A DNA stretch of 37,772 nucleotides from a virus (lineage: Duplodnaviria > Heunggongvirae > Uroviricota > Caudoviricetes), in the IMG/VR virus record IMGVR_UViG_2690316076_000005, positions 1 through 37,772 of that record; one strand, given 5' to 3'. Each line of letters opens with the position of its first letter. Within the stretch, counting starts at the first letter, position 1. A model generated the notes under the pieces. The model was not told the origin of the DNA. It searched no databases and saw only the letters and a list, made by a program, of their open reading frames with translations. The position numbers and the translations under genes are program-made. This document shows positions 27,217-36,241 of this stretch, in pieces.

Positions 27217-28209
27217 TCACCCCCTGAATCCTGCCGGGATCTGGCTGTAGTCCACGTTGTCGTAACTGGCTTTGAAGTACGGGTCTTCACGTTTTTCTGT
27301 GTGCGTGCTGACGGACGGCGATAAGCGCAGGGAAAGCTCATCCCATTTTTCCCGCAACTTCGACGGGCTGAGCACGTTACGGCACCAGAACGGATCGCGG
27401 CTGACGCGGCTGTACATCTCGCAGATTTGTTTGTGAGTACGACCATCCTGCACACACATCAGGCGAATTTCGTTTGCCCATGCTGTCCAGTTCGGCTCTT
27501 TGGGACGAACCACCTCGCCGTCACATTCGGCGGCCTGCTCGTACAGGGCGATGATTTTTTTCCAGAGCCACTGTGCGCAGGTCAAATCATCCTGCGTTCC
27601 CCACTGGCGCTTTTTAGGGCTGAATACAACCGCATCAGGATGGCGAGTTAAAAACTCCTGTTCAGCCGTTTGCATGTCCGGTTGCGAAGCGTCCGGACGA
27701 GAAGAGGTTTTATTCTCTGTAGTAATCTCTGTTGTATTCTCTGTAAGATCATTGGGCCATTTTGACCCGATGACAGCGTGTCGTTTTGAACCAATGGATC
27801 GTGTCATTTTGCGCCCATCCATCAGGTCACTTTGACCCGATGGAGAAGTGCATTTTGACCTGATGGATTCGTTCACTTTGACCTCTTCTAAAAGCTCACT
27901 TTCATAGTTGATCGTGTAGAAGTTGGTCATGTCACGCTTCGATTTATTGAGTTGCTCGCGACGCAAAACCCCAAGTGATTTCAGGCTTGCAAATGTGCGT
28001 TTCAGAGTGGACTCTGACCAGAACGGAAACTGCTCCAGCCACTGTTCTGTCGTGTTATAAACCCAGCGAATTCCGCCATGCTCAGTGCCTGAATTCGTTT
28101 CATTCAGCCAGTAATGAAGCTGCTGCAACACAATTGCCTCATTCAGACCAATACGGCATGCAAGATCACGATTTATCACAATGGGCTGGGATGTCATTAA
28201 CAGGCTCAT
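27217..28209 (-). CDS. replication initiation protein (O-like N-terminus, DnaT-like C-terminus)
   Basis: 330 aa; iteron array inside the gene; C-terminal region resembles the primosomal DnaT-like domain seen in prophage replication proteins. Confidence 0.7.
   Translation of the reverse strand: MSLLMTSQPIVINRDLACRIGLNEAIVLQQLHYWLNETNSGTEHGGIRWVYNTTEQWLEQFPFWSESTLKRTFASLKSLGVLRREQLNKSKRDMTNFYTINYESELLEEVKVNESIRSKCTSPSGQSDLMDGRKMTRSIGSKRHAVIGSKWPNDLTENTTEITTENKTSSRPDASQPDMQTAEQEFLTRHPDAVVFSPKKRQWGTQDDLTCAQWLWKKIIALYEQAAECDGEVVRPKEPNWTAWANEIRLMCVQDGRTHKQICEMYSRVSRDPFWCRNVLSPSKLREKWDELSLRLSPSVSTHTEKREDPYFKASYDNVDYSQIPAGFRG
27758..27883. repeat. iteron array (candidate origin of replication) inside the replication gene
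   Basis: Six copies of about CAyTTTGACCyGATGG at about 23-bp spacing (27758, 27782, 27804, 27828, 27851, 27874) plus one inverted copy (27817-27827). Confidence 0.7.
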
Positions 28210-28218
28210 GACCGACCT

Positions 28219-28557
28219 CTATTTCCCTGAATTTACGACGAAACTGTTCGAGCGGACTGAAGCATTCATGCTCATAGCCTTCGCGGAGGTAGATAACCCG
28301 TTGTGTTTCCGGTTCCCAACGAATGACTCTGACGGGCACTCCGTAGTGATCTTTGAACCAGCGGTTAACTTGTCGCAAAGGACTGTCTCCTTCTGCCGGT
28401 TGAAATCACCCACAGCCCACTCAGCAAAGCTGTGGGTTACAATTTCCCTGTCACCTGGTACATTCACTGCATAGCAATATTCCACCTTCGCTTTTCCACC
28501 CGGTACAGGAAGCGCAATCAGTTGCGAGCGACGGTAGTGTGTTGTTAAACTGTTCAT
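28219..28557 (-). CDS. hypothetical protein
   Basis: 112 aa; ATG with SD ggaga and ATGA overlap with the upstream gene; stop 10 nt before the replication gene start; an alternative-frame ORF overlaps it. Confidence 0.35.
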   Translation of the reverse strand: MNSLTTHYRRSQLIALPVPGGKAKVEYCYAVNVPGDREIVTHSFAEWAVGDFNRQKETVLCDKLTAGSKITTECPSESFVGNRKHNGLSTSAKAMSMNASVRSNSFVVNSGK

Positions 28558-29105
28558 GCGTTAGTTTCTCCACAGTCACGACACGCCACGGCGCCCGGAG
28601 CTGCACACTCGCGGGCGTCACTACTTTCTGAAACGCAAAAGATTTTGTAGACCAGTGCTGCATGCTCCTGCAGCTTCGAAATTGAGAGGTACAGCTCATC
28701 GTTAATTGCTGTCTTCTCATGCGGTTCCACTACACCGTCTTCAATTGCTGAACGAATCTGTTTTGAATAACTGCCGATCTGTTCAATGACTTCCAGCAGG
28801 CGTTGGTTGATATCGGCGTTGTCCACATCCTCGACGTCAGGAAGAGACACAAAGACGCCATTTGCAGACTGCGCCACAGCGTCAGCAATGAAGTGAGTGC
28901 CACCAGCACGCTGTAAAACCATTGCCCATCCCAGCGGGAAAATCTGATCGCCATCTGCACGAAGGCGGTTGAATAAAGCGTTCTCTGTTACATCCAGCCA
29001 GTCAGCAGCTTCAGCGTAACCCCCAGGCAATGCCGCGATAGTTTTTCTGACAGCTTTCACGTACCACTCGGGTTGTTTTTCCACTTTCCAATGATGCTTA
29101 CCCAC
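28554..29105 (-). CDS. early regulatory protein in the cII position (possibly CP76/CII-like)
   Basis: 183 aa; GTG start with strong SD aggagg; sits between cro and the replication genes. Confidence 0.4.
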   Translation of the reverse strand: MGKHHWKVEKQPEWYVKAVRKTIAALPGGYAEAADWLDVTENALFNRLRADGDQIFPLGWAMVLQRAGGTHFIADAVAQSANGVFVSLPDVEDVDNADINQRLLEVIEQIGSYSKQIRSAIEDGVVEPHEKTAINDELYLSISKLQEHAALVYKIFCVSESSDARECAAPGAVACRDCGETNA

Positions 29106-29358
29106 GGCTTACCTCCTGTTCCTGTGGTTTAAACCCATTCTGGTTTTGGCTAGATTGAAAACGTGCCGGATAAAGAATCTGCATTTCGCTGATTTCACCC
29201 TTAAAAAAATTGGCCAGACGTTCTGCAAGATCGATAGATGGAATTTGTTCCAGTCTTTCAATACGACTTAGCGTCGCTGGATTGACCTGAACGCCCGCAG
29301 CAACATGCTGCAAAGTAAATCCGTGCGCCTTACGCACATTCCGTAATGGTGATTGCAT
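29098..29358 (-). CDS. Cro-like HTH repressor
   Basis: 86 aa; helix-turn-helix GFTLQHVAAGVQVNPATLSRIERLE; divergent from cI. Confidence 0.8.
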   Translation of the reverse strand: MQSPLRNVRKAHGFTLQHVAAGVQVNPATLSRIERLEQIPSIDLAERLANFFKGEISEMQILYPARFQSSQNQNGFKPQEQEVSRG

Positions 29359-29455
29359 ATAACCTCCACATATTGCGTGATGAGCATATTATTTCACGCA
29401 AATATTTTGCGCAAGTTGATTTGCTTAACGCGCAATAAAGAAATGTAATAAACGC
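29359..29455. promoter_or_regulatory. divergent cI/cro promoter-operator region
   Basis: TTGCG/CGCAA half-sites at 29373, 29397, 29407 and a perfect TTGC-N6-CGCAA 15-mer at 29421-29435. Confidence 0.6.
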
Positions 29456-30148
29456 ATGAACATAGGAAATCGAGTCAGACAACTTCGCCAGGCGAAGAAC
29501 ATGAAAATCGCCGATCTCGCTGAAGCAATAGGAGTGGATGCGGCGAATATCTCGCGCCTCGAAACAGGTAAGCAGAAACAATTCACTGAACAAGCCCTGA
29601 GTAATATTGCCAGGAGCTTAGGTGTTGATATTGCTGATCTCTTTACCTCAGACCTCAAAAGTAATACTGTATGTAAAAACAGTATTAGTGAGGATGTTGC
29701 GCAGGTGAAGGATGTATTCCGTATTGAAATGCTGGATGTCAGTGCCAGTGCGGGAAATGGCCTTATCCAGGGCGGTGATGTCATTGATGTGATTCATGCC
29801 ATTGAATACAGAACTGATAATGCTGTATCGATGTTTGGTGGACGACCAGCAAATCACATTAAAGTTATCAACGTTCGTGGGGACAGTATGTGTCCAACCA
29901 TTGAGCCAGGAGATCTCATCTTCGTTGATATCAGTATCAATCAGTTTGATGGGGATGGTATATATGTATTTGGTTTTGATGATAAAATTTACGTCAAACG
30001 ACTGCAAATGATACCTGATAAACTGCTGGTAATTTCTGATAATCAGATTTACCGCGAATGGGGAATTACCAGCGAAAACGAACACCGGTTTATGGTCTTT
30101 GGAAAGGTCTTAATCAGTCAGTCACAGACCCTTAAGCGACACAATTAA
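29456..30148 (+). CDS. CI-type repressor (HTH plus S24 LexA-like autopeptidase domain)
   Basis: 230 aa; N-terminal HTH; C-terminal VRGDSMCPTIEPGDLIFVD and later K typical of S24 peptidases. Confidence 0.9.
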   Translation: MNIGNRVRQLRQAKNMKIADLAEAIGVDAANISRLETGKQKQFTEQALSNIARSLGVDIADLFTSDLKSNTVCKNSISEDVAQVKDVFRIEMLDVSASAGNGLIQGGDVIDVIHAIEYRTDNAVSMFGGRPANHIKVINVRGDSMCPTIEPGDLIFVDISINQFDGDGIYVFGFDDKIYVKRLQMIPDKLLVISDNQIYREWGITSENEHRFMVFGKVLISQSQTLKRHN

Positions 30149-30170
30149 CCCCCTACCTCAACATCAATTA

Positions 30171-30191
30171 GCCACCAGAAGGTGGCTTTTC
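30171..30191 (+). terminator. intrinsic terminator downstream of cI
   Basis: GCCACC-AGAA-GGTGGC followed by TTTTC. Confidence 0.7.
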
Positions 30192-30204
30192 ATTACCCAC
30201 CAAA

Positions 30205-30256
30205 TTGCACATCTCGCAATAAAACACTTGCATAATACGCAACTTCATTTTATCTT
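30205..30256 (+). promoter_or_regulatory. candidate OL/PL
   Basis: Two 15-mers TTGCACATCTCGCAA (30205-30219) and TTGCATAATACGCAA (30228-30242) share TTGC-N6-CGCAA with the OR site; possible -35 TTGCAT and -10 TATCTT (30251-30256) at 17-nt spacing. Confidence 0.45.
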
Positions 30257-30450
30257 TCTTTCCAGACCTACAAACAAGGTACTAACAAAATTTGGTTGTA
30301 ACACGGTGCATGTGTCGTAAGCAGTCAGTAAATGTCAAAAACGAACAAGCAGGACGCCCACGAAGTAGCCGCCTGGGGCATATGAAGTCAAGGATGATTC
30401 GTTGAGTCATGTAGTGCCACTAGGCACTCATGTTAAAGCAGGTGTATGAA

Positions 30451-30726
30451 ATGAAAGTCCAGATTTTAAACAATAACTGTGAAGTCGTTTGGTCATACGA
30501 CATAGCCGCCCCTGTAGATCAGAGCGGCGATAGCTGGGCCAATGGGAAACATCAGATTATGGCTGGAGTTGTATTCTCTTTACGCCGTGCTTTAGAACAG
30601 GCTGAAGTCTTTCCATCAGACCCTGAATGGAAATGGCCTTTTTCTATTTGTCCAAATTCGGAGAGTACATTTCAGAAAATTGGTCAGAAAGTCGCACTCG
30701 AAGAGCATCAGCCAACTGTTTCCTGA
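30451..30726 (+). CDS. hypothetical protein in the rex/N position
   Basis: 91 aa from the second ATG with SD aggtg; not arginine-rich, so not obviously N-like. Confidence 0.35.
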   Translation: MKVQILNNNCEVVWSYDIAAPVDQSGDSWANGKHQIMAGVVFSLRRALEQAEVFPSDPEWKWPFSICPNSESTFQKIGQKVALEEHQPTVS

Positions 30727-30889
30727 TTTTTTCAGGTAACTCGTCGGCATCGCAGAAACAACAACGCTCGATCATGTTGAAAGCCGATTCGTAGAACTGT
30801 TTCTGCTGAGTGTCGCTGACACAGGAAAAGAGCGACGTTACGATGATTTTATTAATTGCATTATCAAGTTCTTTTTCATCAAAAGTCAT
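30644..30889 (-). CDS. hypothetical protein, convergent and 3-prime-overlapping with the previous ORF
   Basis: 81 aa; ATG with SD-like aagga; overlaps 30451..30726 by 83 nt on the opposite strand, so at most one may be genuine. Confidence 0.3.
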   Translation of the reverse strand: MTFDEKELDNAINKIIVTSLFSCVSDTQQKQFYESAFNMIERCCFCDADELPEKIRKQLADALRVRLSDQFSEMYSPNLDK

Positions 30890-31142
30890 TTGATTTTCCT
30901 TTTATGTATACGGGCTTAAAAGGATACCACCGAGCCTGAAGTGGTGAAAAGACAGGCACATAACAGCTAAGTATTTTCAACCAGAGAGAATCCTTAGCGT
31001 TGTGGTGAATGCGGCTCAGCGCACGCGGGTTAAGGTTGAGGCTGACAGTCGACCTTCTGTGGATACCCACCCGCCTGGTGTGCAACCTTCGCCAGGCACC
31101 GGGAGGCACCCGGCACCACAACTTTATGCTGTGTGTAGTCCT

Positions 31143-31189
31143 GGCGGTACCAGCTTGTATCCTTGCTTCCGGCTGGTACCGTCCTTTTT
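31143..31189 (+). terminator. candidate intrinsic terminator (tL1-like) in the early-left leader
   Basis: 10-bp perfect stem cggtaccagc/gctggtaccg (12 bp with G-U), 17-nt loop, then C and TTTTT (31185-31189). Confidence 0.5.
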
Positions 31190-31278
31190 ACAAAACAGAG
31201 AAGAGCATCACCGGACGACGGGCTCATAACCCAATCCATCCGGGCGGCTGCCACCGCTGGTGTTCTTCTCTGTTTTGT
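31190..31278 (+). other. long-range inverted repeat / structured leader element
   Basis: caaaacagagaaga (31191-31204) pairs perfectly with tcttctctgttttg (31264-31277); encloses about 55 nt of GC-rich sequence; ends 36 nt before the SD of the first early-left gene. Confidence 0.45.
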
Positions 31279-31326
31279 GGAGAAACCAACCGACCTTGCA
31301 GGGTCGATATAATGAGGAGCAGCAAA

Positions 31327-31689
31327 ATGGCTAGCGAACGCAGTACTGATGTGCAGGCATTTATCGGGGAGCTGGACGGCGGCGTATTTGAAACCAAAAT
31401 CGGCGCAGTTCTCAGTGAAGTCGCTTCCGGTGTGATGAACACGAAAACCAAAGGTAAGGTCTCACTCAACCTGGAAATCGAACCATTTGATGAGAACCGT
31501 GTGAAAATCAAACACAAACTCTCATATGTTCGCCCGACTAACCGCGGGAAAATTTCCGAAGAAGACACCACCGAAACGCCGATGTATGTCAATCGCGGTG
31601 GTCGCCTGACTATTCTGCAGGAAGACCAGGGACAGTTACTGACTCTTGCCGGTGAACCTGACGGAAAACTCCGCGCAGCAGGTCGTTAA
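31327..31689 (+). CDS. YfdP-like early protein
   Basis: Start at the ATG with SD gaggag; the track's upstream extension from 31009 has junk-like composition; followed by YfdQ/YfdR-like genes. Confidence 0.5.
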   Translation: MASERSTDVQAFIGELDGGVFETKIGAVLSEVASGVMNTKTKGKVSLNLEIEPFDENRVKIKHKLSYVRPTNRGKISEEDTTETPMYVNRGGRLTILQEDQGQLLTLAGEPDGKLRAAGR

Positions 31690-31754
31690 TATCGTTTTTA
31701 ATTAACTGATTATTTATCTCATCACTGAATATCTTTATATAGTGAGGACTTATT

Positions 31755-32579
31755 ATGTCTCAGAACTTAGACGCAACCGCAATTAATCAAATCCATGCCC
31801 TTATTTCTGCTCAGGGTGTTAATGAAATTATCAGTAAGATTGGTGCCGATGCTGTGGCATTGCCTGAGCATTTCCGCATTCATGATCTGGAAAAATTTAA
31901 TTTAAATCGCTTCCGTTTCCGTGGTGCGCTTTCCACTGCCAGCATCGATGACTTTACCCGTTATTCTAAAGATCTTGCAGATGAAGGCACCCGCTGCTTT
32001 ATCGATGCTGATAATATGCGTGCCGTCAGTGTGCTTAACCTGGGTACTATTGATGAGCCAGGTCACGCAGATAACACCGCCACACTCAAACTGAAAAAGA
32101 CAGCACCGTTCTCTGCTCTGTTGTCTGTTAACGGCGAGCGTAACTCCCAGAAGTCACTAGCAGAATGGATTGAAGACTGGGCCGACTATCTTGTGGGCTT
32201 TGATGCTAATGGTGACGCTATTCAGGCAACAAAAGCGGCTGCGGCTGTCCGTAAAATCACGATTGAAGCAAACCAGACCTCTGATTTTGAAGATAATGAC
32301 TTCAGCGGCAAACGCTCCCTGATGGAGTCTGTCGAAGCGAAGACCAAAGACATTATGCCAGTGGCATTTGAATTTAAATGCGTTCCGTTTGAAGGTCTGA
32401 AAGAACGTCCGTTTAAATTACGCCTCAGTATTATCACTGGCGATCGTCCTGTACTGGTTCTGCGCATTATTCAGCTGGAGGCGGTGCAGGAAGAAATGGC
32501 TAACGAATTTCGTGATCTGCTTGTTGAGAAATTCAAGGACAGCAAAGTAGAAACCTTTATTGGTACTTTCACCGCCTGA
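31755..32579 (+). CDS. YfdQ-like protein (DUF2303)
   Basis: 274 aa; size and synteny with the HD-domain gene as in CPS-53 yfdQ-yfdR (memory). Confidence 0.55.
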   Translation: MSQNLDATAINQIHALISAQGVNEIISKIGADAVALPEHFRIHDLEKFNLNRFRFRGALSTASIDDFTRYSKDLADEGTRCFIDADNMRAVSVLNLGTIDEPGHADNTATLKLKKTAPFSALLSVNGERNSQKSLAEWIEDWADYLVGFDANGDAIQATKAAAAVRKITIEANQTSDFEDNDFSGKRSLMESVEAKTKDIMPVAFEFKCVPFEGLKERPFKLRLSIITGDRPVLVLRIIQLEAVQEEMANEFRDLLVEKFKDSKVETFIGTFTA

Positions 32580-32706
32580 TTTCATTACTGCAAATGCCCC
32601 TGCGGGGGCATTTATGGAAACGTAATTTACTCAATAATCGCCGGATGGTGAGGGATTCTTTTTGCCAGAATTCAGCGCGGTGCAGCGCATATACGTGGAG
32701 AACAAA

Positions 32707-33243
32707 ATGTCATTTATTAAAACTTTTTCCGGGAAGCATTTTTATTATGACAGGATAAATAAAGACGACATCGATATTAACGATATCGCGGTTTCCCTTT
32801 CAAATATCTGTCGCTTTGCCGGTCATCTTTCGCACTTCTACAGCGTCGCCCAGCATGCGGTGCTTTGCAGCCAGCTGGTGCCGCAGGAATTTGCTTTTGA
32901 AGCGTTAATGCATGATGCAACAGAAGCGTATTGCCAGGATATTCCCGCTCCACTGAAACGCCTTCTTCCTGACTATAAACGGATGGAAGAAAAAATAGAC
33001 GCCGTAATCCGTGAGAAATACGGGTTACCTCCTGTTATGAGCACGCCAGTGAAATATGCCGATCTCATTATGCTGGCAACCGAACGCCGTGATCTCGGGC
33101 TTGATGATGGTTCTTTCTGGCCTGTACTGGAAGGTATCCCGGCAACAGAGATGTTCAACGTGATTCCACTGTCACCAGGCCATGCCTACGGGATGTTTAT
33201 GGAACGTTTTAACGAGTTATCGGGGTTACGCAAATGCGCATGA
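32707..33243 (+). CDS. HD-domain phosphohydrolase (YfdR-like)
   Basis: Start at the internal ATG (MSFIKTFSGKHFYYD); HD motif ALMHDATEAY; 178 aa. Confidence 0.75.
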   Translation: MSFIKTFSGKHFYYDRINKDDIDINDIAVSLSNICRFAGHLSHFYSVAQHAVLCSQLVPQEFAFEALMHDATEAYCQDIPAPLKRLLPDYKRMEEKIDAVIREKYGLPPVMSTPVKYADLIMLATERRDLGLDDGSFWPVLEGIPATEMFNVIPLSPGHAYGMFMERFNELSGLRKCA

Positions 33244-33650
33244 ATGTTTTCGAAATGGAAGGGTTTCTTCGCGGGAAATGTGTACCGCGAGATCTGAAAG
33301 TGAACGAAACAAACGCTGAGTACCTGGTGCGTAAATTTGCTGAAGCTGAGGCCAAGTGCGCGGCGCTGGCAGTGGAGAATGCAGGAATAAAGTCTGCAAT
33401 TCCCCAACCACGGGATATTGAGGATGACAATGACAATATGGATGACGTATCTCTTGCTGAAGATTTCGGGTTCAATCATGCAATAGAACGGATGAGGAGA
33501 CGGATTCCTGAAACACCAGCCACCGACGCTTTCCTGGCTGAAGTACGGGCGCAGGGCGTGGAGATGTTTGCGGAGTGTGCATACACACTTGAACATCATG
33601 ATCACGCAGTAGCTTTTGCCGCCGAGCTACGTAAAGGAGGCAACCAGTGA
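33240..33650 (+). CDS. hypothetical early protein
   Basis: 136 aa from the ATG overlapping the upstream stop (ATGA). Confidence 0.45.
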   Translation: MNVFEMEGFLRGKCVPRDLKVNETNAEYLVRKFAEAEAKCAALAVENAGIKSAIPQPRDIEDDNDNMDDVSLAEDFGFNHAIERMRRRIPETPATDAFLAEVRAQGVEMFAECAYTLEHHDHAVAFAAELRKGGNQ

Positions 33651-34366
33651 GCAAGATTGATTATCAGGCACTGCGTGAAAAGGCAGAGAAAGCAACTAAA
33701 GGAAGCTACATCGTAGGGCATACATCTGTTAACCAGCACGGCAATTTAACAGGAGTTTTTGTTTGTCAAAAATGGAAAGGAGAACCCGGTGGTGTGATTG
33801 CGGAATGTCATGTTAACTGCCTGGTTGAAACAGATATTCAGGCTTATGCAAACGCTGAATTTATTGCTGCCTTTAATCCAAAGGTTGCTTTGGCACTACT
33901 GGATGAACGGGAAAGAAACCAGCAGTACATCAAACGCCGCGACCAGGAGAACGAGGATATTGCGCTAACGGTAGGGAAGCTGCGCGTTGAGCTTGAGGAA
34001 GCAAAATCAAAACTCAACGAGCAACGCGAGTATTACGAAGGTGTTATCTCGGATGGGGGTAAGCGTATTGCTGAACTGGAAAAACAATGCGCCGAATGGG
34101 AGCGAAAAGCATTAAGCAACTTTGAAGAGTGTGCTGCGATGGCTGAACGTATCGAAGAGATGAGTAAGCAAAGTTGCGAAGCCCGGGAGCGTGATTTATT
34201 TGAATCATGGGTAATGCATTCAATTTGTATTTCCAAATCGACGCTTGAAGGATTGCGCACCGAAACTGGATACCGTAATGCGACCTTATCAGGAACAGAC
34301 TTCAACCGCATGTGGGAACAATGGAAATCTATCCGCGCCGCAGGAATTCGCAAAAGGGAGATTTAA
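33647..34366 (+). CDS. Ea22-like coiled-coil early protein
   Basis: 239 aa; N-terminus MSKIDYQALREKAEKA and coiled-coil middle typical of Ead/Ea22-like prophage proteins. Confidence 0.5.
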   Translation: MSKIDYQALREKAEKATKGSYIVGHTSVNQHGNLTGVFVCQKWKGEPGGVIAECHVNCLVETDIQAYANAEFIAAFNPKVALALLDERERNQQYIKRRDQENEDIALTVGKLRVELEEAKSKLNEQREYYEGVISDGGKRIAELEKQCAEWERKALSNFEECAAMAERIEEMSKQSCEARERDLFESWVMHSICISKSTLEGLRTETGYRNATLSGTDFNRMWEQWKSIRAAGIRKREI

Positions 34367-34397
34367 TAATCATGATGTACCGTAAAGAGGAAGCCAA

Positions 34398-34889
34398 ATG
34401 ACAGCACTCAACAAACAGGTGCTGCTGAGCACCGATAAACACGCAAATCAGCACCGACTTTCTCGCCTTACCATGGAAGTGCATAGCGATGAGCTTCGTA
34501 TTATAGCGTCAGCAGTAGAGAGCTATACCGACGAGTTGATAGCAGCGCTGGAAGCCGCAGAGAAGCGCAACGCAAAATTACAAAGCGAGAATGCATACAT
34601 CCGAAACCGGTTCAAAGAACTGGACCTGTTAATCGGGAAAAACATTCTGGTCATGCAGGCTGCGATTATCGAATGGCAGGCAACTGGCGACGCTAAAAGC
34701 GGACTGGCATGGATTTATAACACACTGTTTGGCCCTGGCGAATTGCCGGACGAATCTGAGAAAGATGCTCAGGCCTACTTTAATCGCAAATATGCACCGA
34801 TTGACGAAAAGCTTATGGCGCTTCACAAGTGGTTTTGGGAACAAAGTGAAGCCGAGCGCGCCGCTGGCATTCGCATAAAAGGAGAGTGA
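34398..34889 (+). CDS. Ea22-like / hypothetical coiled-coil protein
   Basis: 163 aa; N-terminus MTALNKQ; C-terminal AAGIRIKGE resembles the AAGIRKREI end of the previous gene. Confidence 0.45.
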   Translation: MTALNKQVLLSTDKHANQHRLSRLTMEVHSDELRIIASAVESYTDELIAALEAAEKRNAKLQSENAYIRNRFKELDLLIGKNILVMQAAIIEWQATGDAKSGLAWIYNTLFGPGELPDESEKDAQAYFNRKYAPIDEKLMALHKWFWEQSEAERAAGIRIKGE

Positions 34890-34890
34890 T

Positions 34891-35082
34891 ATGAACGGAC
34901 AAATCTCAATTGTTCGACCGGGAGCATGTGACGATCGCGAGATACGAATGATTATTCGTCTGGCGATGGGGAAAACAATAACAGCTCTCATTACTCCAGA
35001 AAATCTCGCATTAGCTTTAACCGGAAAGTCAGACCTGCCAGTAGAGCTAAAGCTGCGAAATGTTGAGATTAAGGTGAAATAG
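34891..35082 (+). CDS. hypothetical small protein
   Basis: 63 aa, tightly packed in the operon. Confidence 0.4.
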   Translation: MNGQISIVRPGACDDREIRMIIRLAMGKTITALITPENLALALTGKSDLPVELKLRNVEIKVK

Positions 35083-35084
35083 CT

Positions 35085-35633
35085 ATGACCACTATTACCA
35101 AAGAACGTATCGAATTATTCATTAAAAATCCGCTTGAAAACGGGCTTACTCGTGGCGAACAAATGGAACTGGCACGAATTGCACTGGCATCACTGGGAGC
35201 AGAACCTGTAAGCCAAACTTACAACTTGCCAGAATTAATCGAAGGCATGGAGGTTTCCATTGATGTAAGCACTTGTGATGCGGATTTAGGTAATCGCTAT
35301 TTCGGTACCGTCACCGAGGCGTTAGAACTTGATACTGCCAAGAATGGTTACATCCTCCTAGTTCAGGACGCAGAGCCAAACTTCGATGTAAATGGCAACT
35401 CTCCGGGAACTCCGGATAGTTGGATAAGCTGTAGTGATCGAATGCCTGAAAAGGGCCAGAACGTGCTTATTTCGGTGAATTTCGATAGCTCTCAGGTTGA
35501 ACCGCTAATATGCTCCGCACGCTATACCGGAAGCACCTTTCGGCGCGGAGATGCAACGATTAAGCCGGGTAATGGTATTGAGCAAGCAACTCACTGGATG
35601 CCGCTACCGGAACCGCCGCTGGAGGTGAAGTGA
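35085..35633 (+). CDS. DUF551-domain protein
   Basis: C-terminal THWMPLPEPP motif typical of DUF551. Confidence 0.6.
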   Translation: MTTITKERIELFIKNPLENGLTRGEQMELARIALASLGAEPVSQTYNLPELIEGMEVSIDVSTCDADLGNRYFGTVTEALELDTAKNGYILLVQDAEPNFDVNGNSPGTPDSWISCSDRMPEKGQNVLISVNFDSSQVEPLICSARYTGSTFRRGDATIKPGNGIEQATHWMPLPEPPLEVK

Positions 35634-36205
35634 TGAACAACTTAATGATCGACCTTGAGACGATGGGGAAAAATAAGGATGCACCGATCGTTTCCATTGG
35701 CGCGGTGTTCTTCACTCCAGAAATCGGAGACATCGGACAAGAATTCTATACGGTTGTTAGCCTGGAAAGTGCTATGGAGCAAGGAGCTACACCTGACGGC
35801 GATACCATCCTGTGGTGGTTGAAACAAAGCCCTGAAGCACGAGCTGCAATCTGTATTGATGATACTTTGTCGATCAGCGATGCTCTCTCAGAACTAAATC
35901 ATTTCATTAACCGGCACGCAGACAATACGAAATATTTAAAAGTCTGGGGTAACGGAGCCACCTTCGACAACGTAATTTTACGTGGAGCTTATGAGCGAGC
36001 AGGACAAATCTGCCCGTGGGCATACTGGAATGACCACGATGTACGCACGATCGTTACGCTTGGGCGTTCCATCGGATTCGACCCCAAAATGGACATGCCT
36101 TTCGATGGCGAACGGCACAACGCCCTGGCTGATGCCCGTCATCAGGCAAAATATGTTTCCGCTATCTGGCAGAAATTAATTCCTGCCACCAGCACAGAAT
36201 TATGA
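35630..36205 (+). CDS. 3-prime to 5-prime exonuclease (DEDDh-like)
   Basis: MIDLETMG (Asp/Glu motif I) and HNALADARH (motif III) typical of DnaQ-like prophage exonucleases. Confidence 0.75.
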   Translation: MMNNLMIDLETMGKNKDAPIVSIGAVFFTPEIGDIGQEFYTVVSLESAMEQGATPDGDTILWWLKQSPEARAAICIDDTLSISDALSELNHFINRHADNTKYLKVWGNGATFDNVILRGAYERAGQICPWAYWNDHDVRTIVTLGRSIGFDPKMDMPFDGERHNALADARHQAKYVSAIWQKLIPATSTEL

Positions 36206-36241
36206 TTTTCCCGGGTGCAGCCGGTTTTGATGGAGAAAATT

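Noticed and set aside
31009-31326. In-frame upstream extension of the YfdP-like ORF (track ORF 31009..31689) and other track ORFs covering 30879-31592
   Set aside because: Junk-like Cys/Arg/Trp/Pro-rich translation, no SD, overlapping ORFs on both strands in GC-rich structured sequence; treated as a non-coding leader with the real start at 31327
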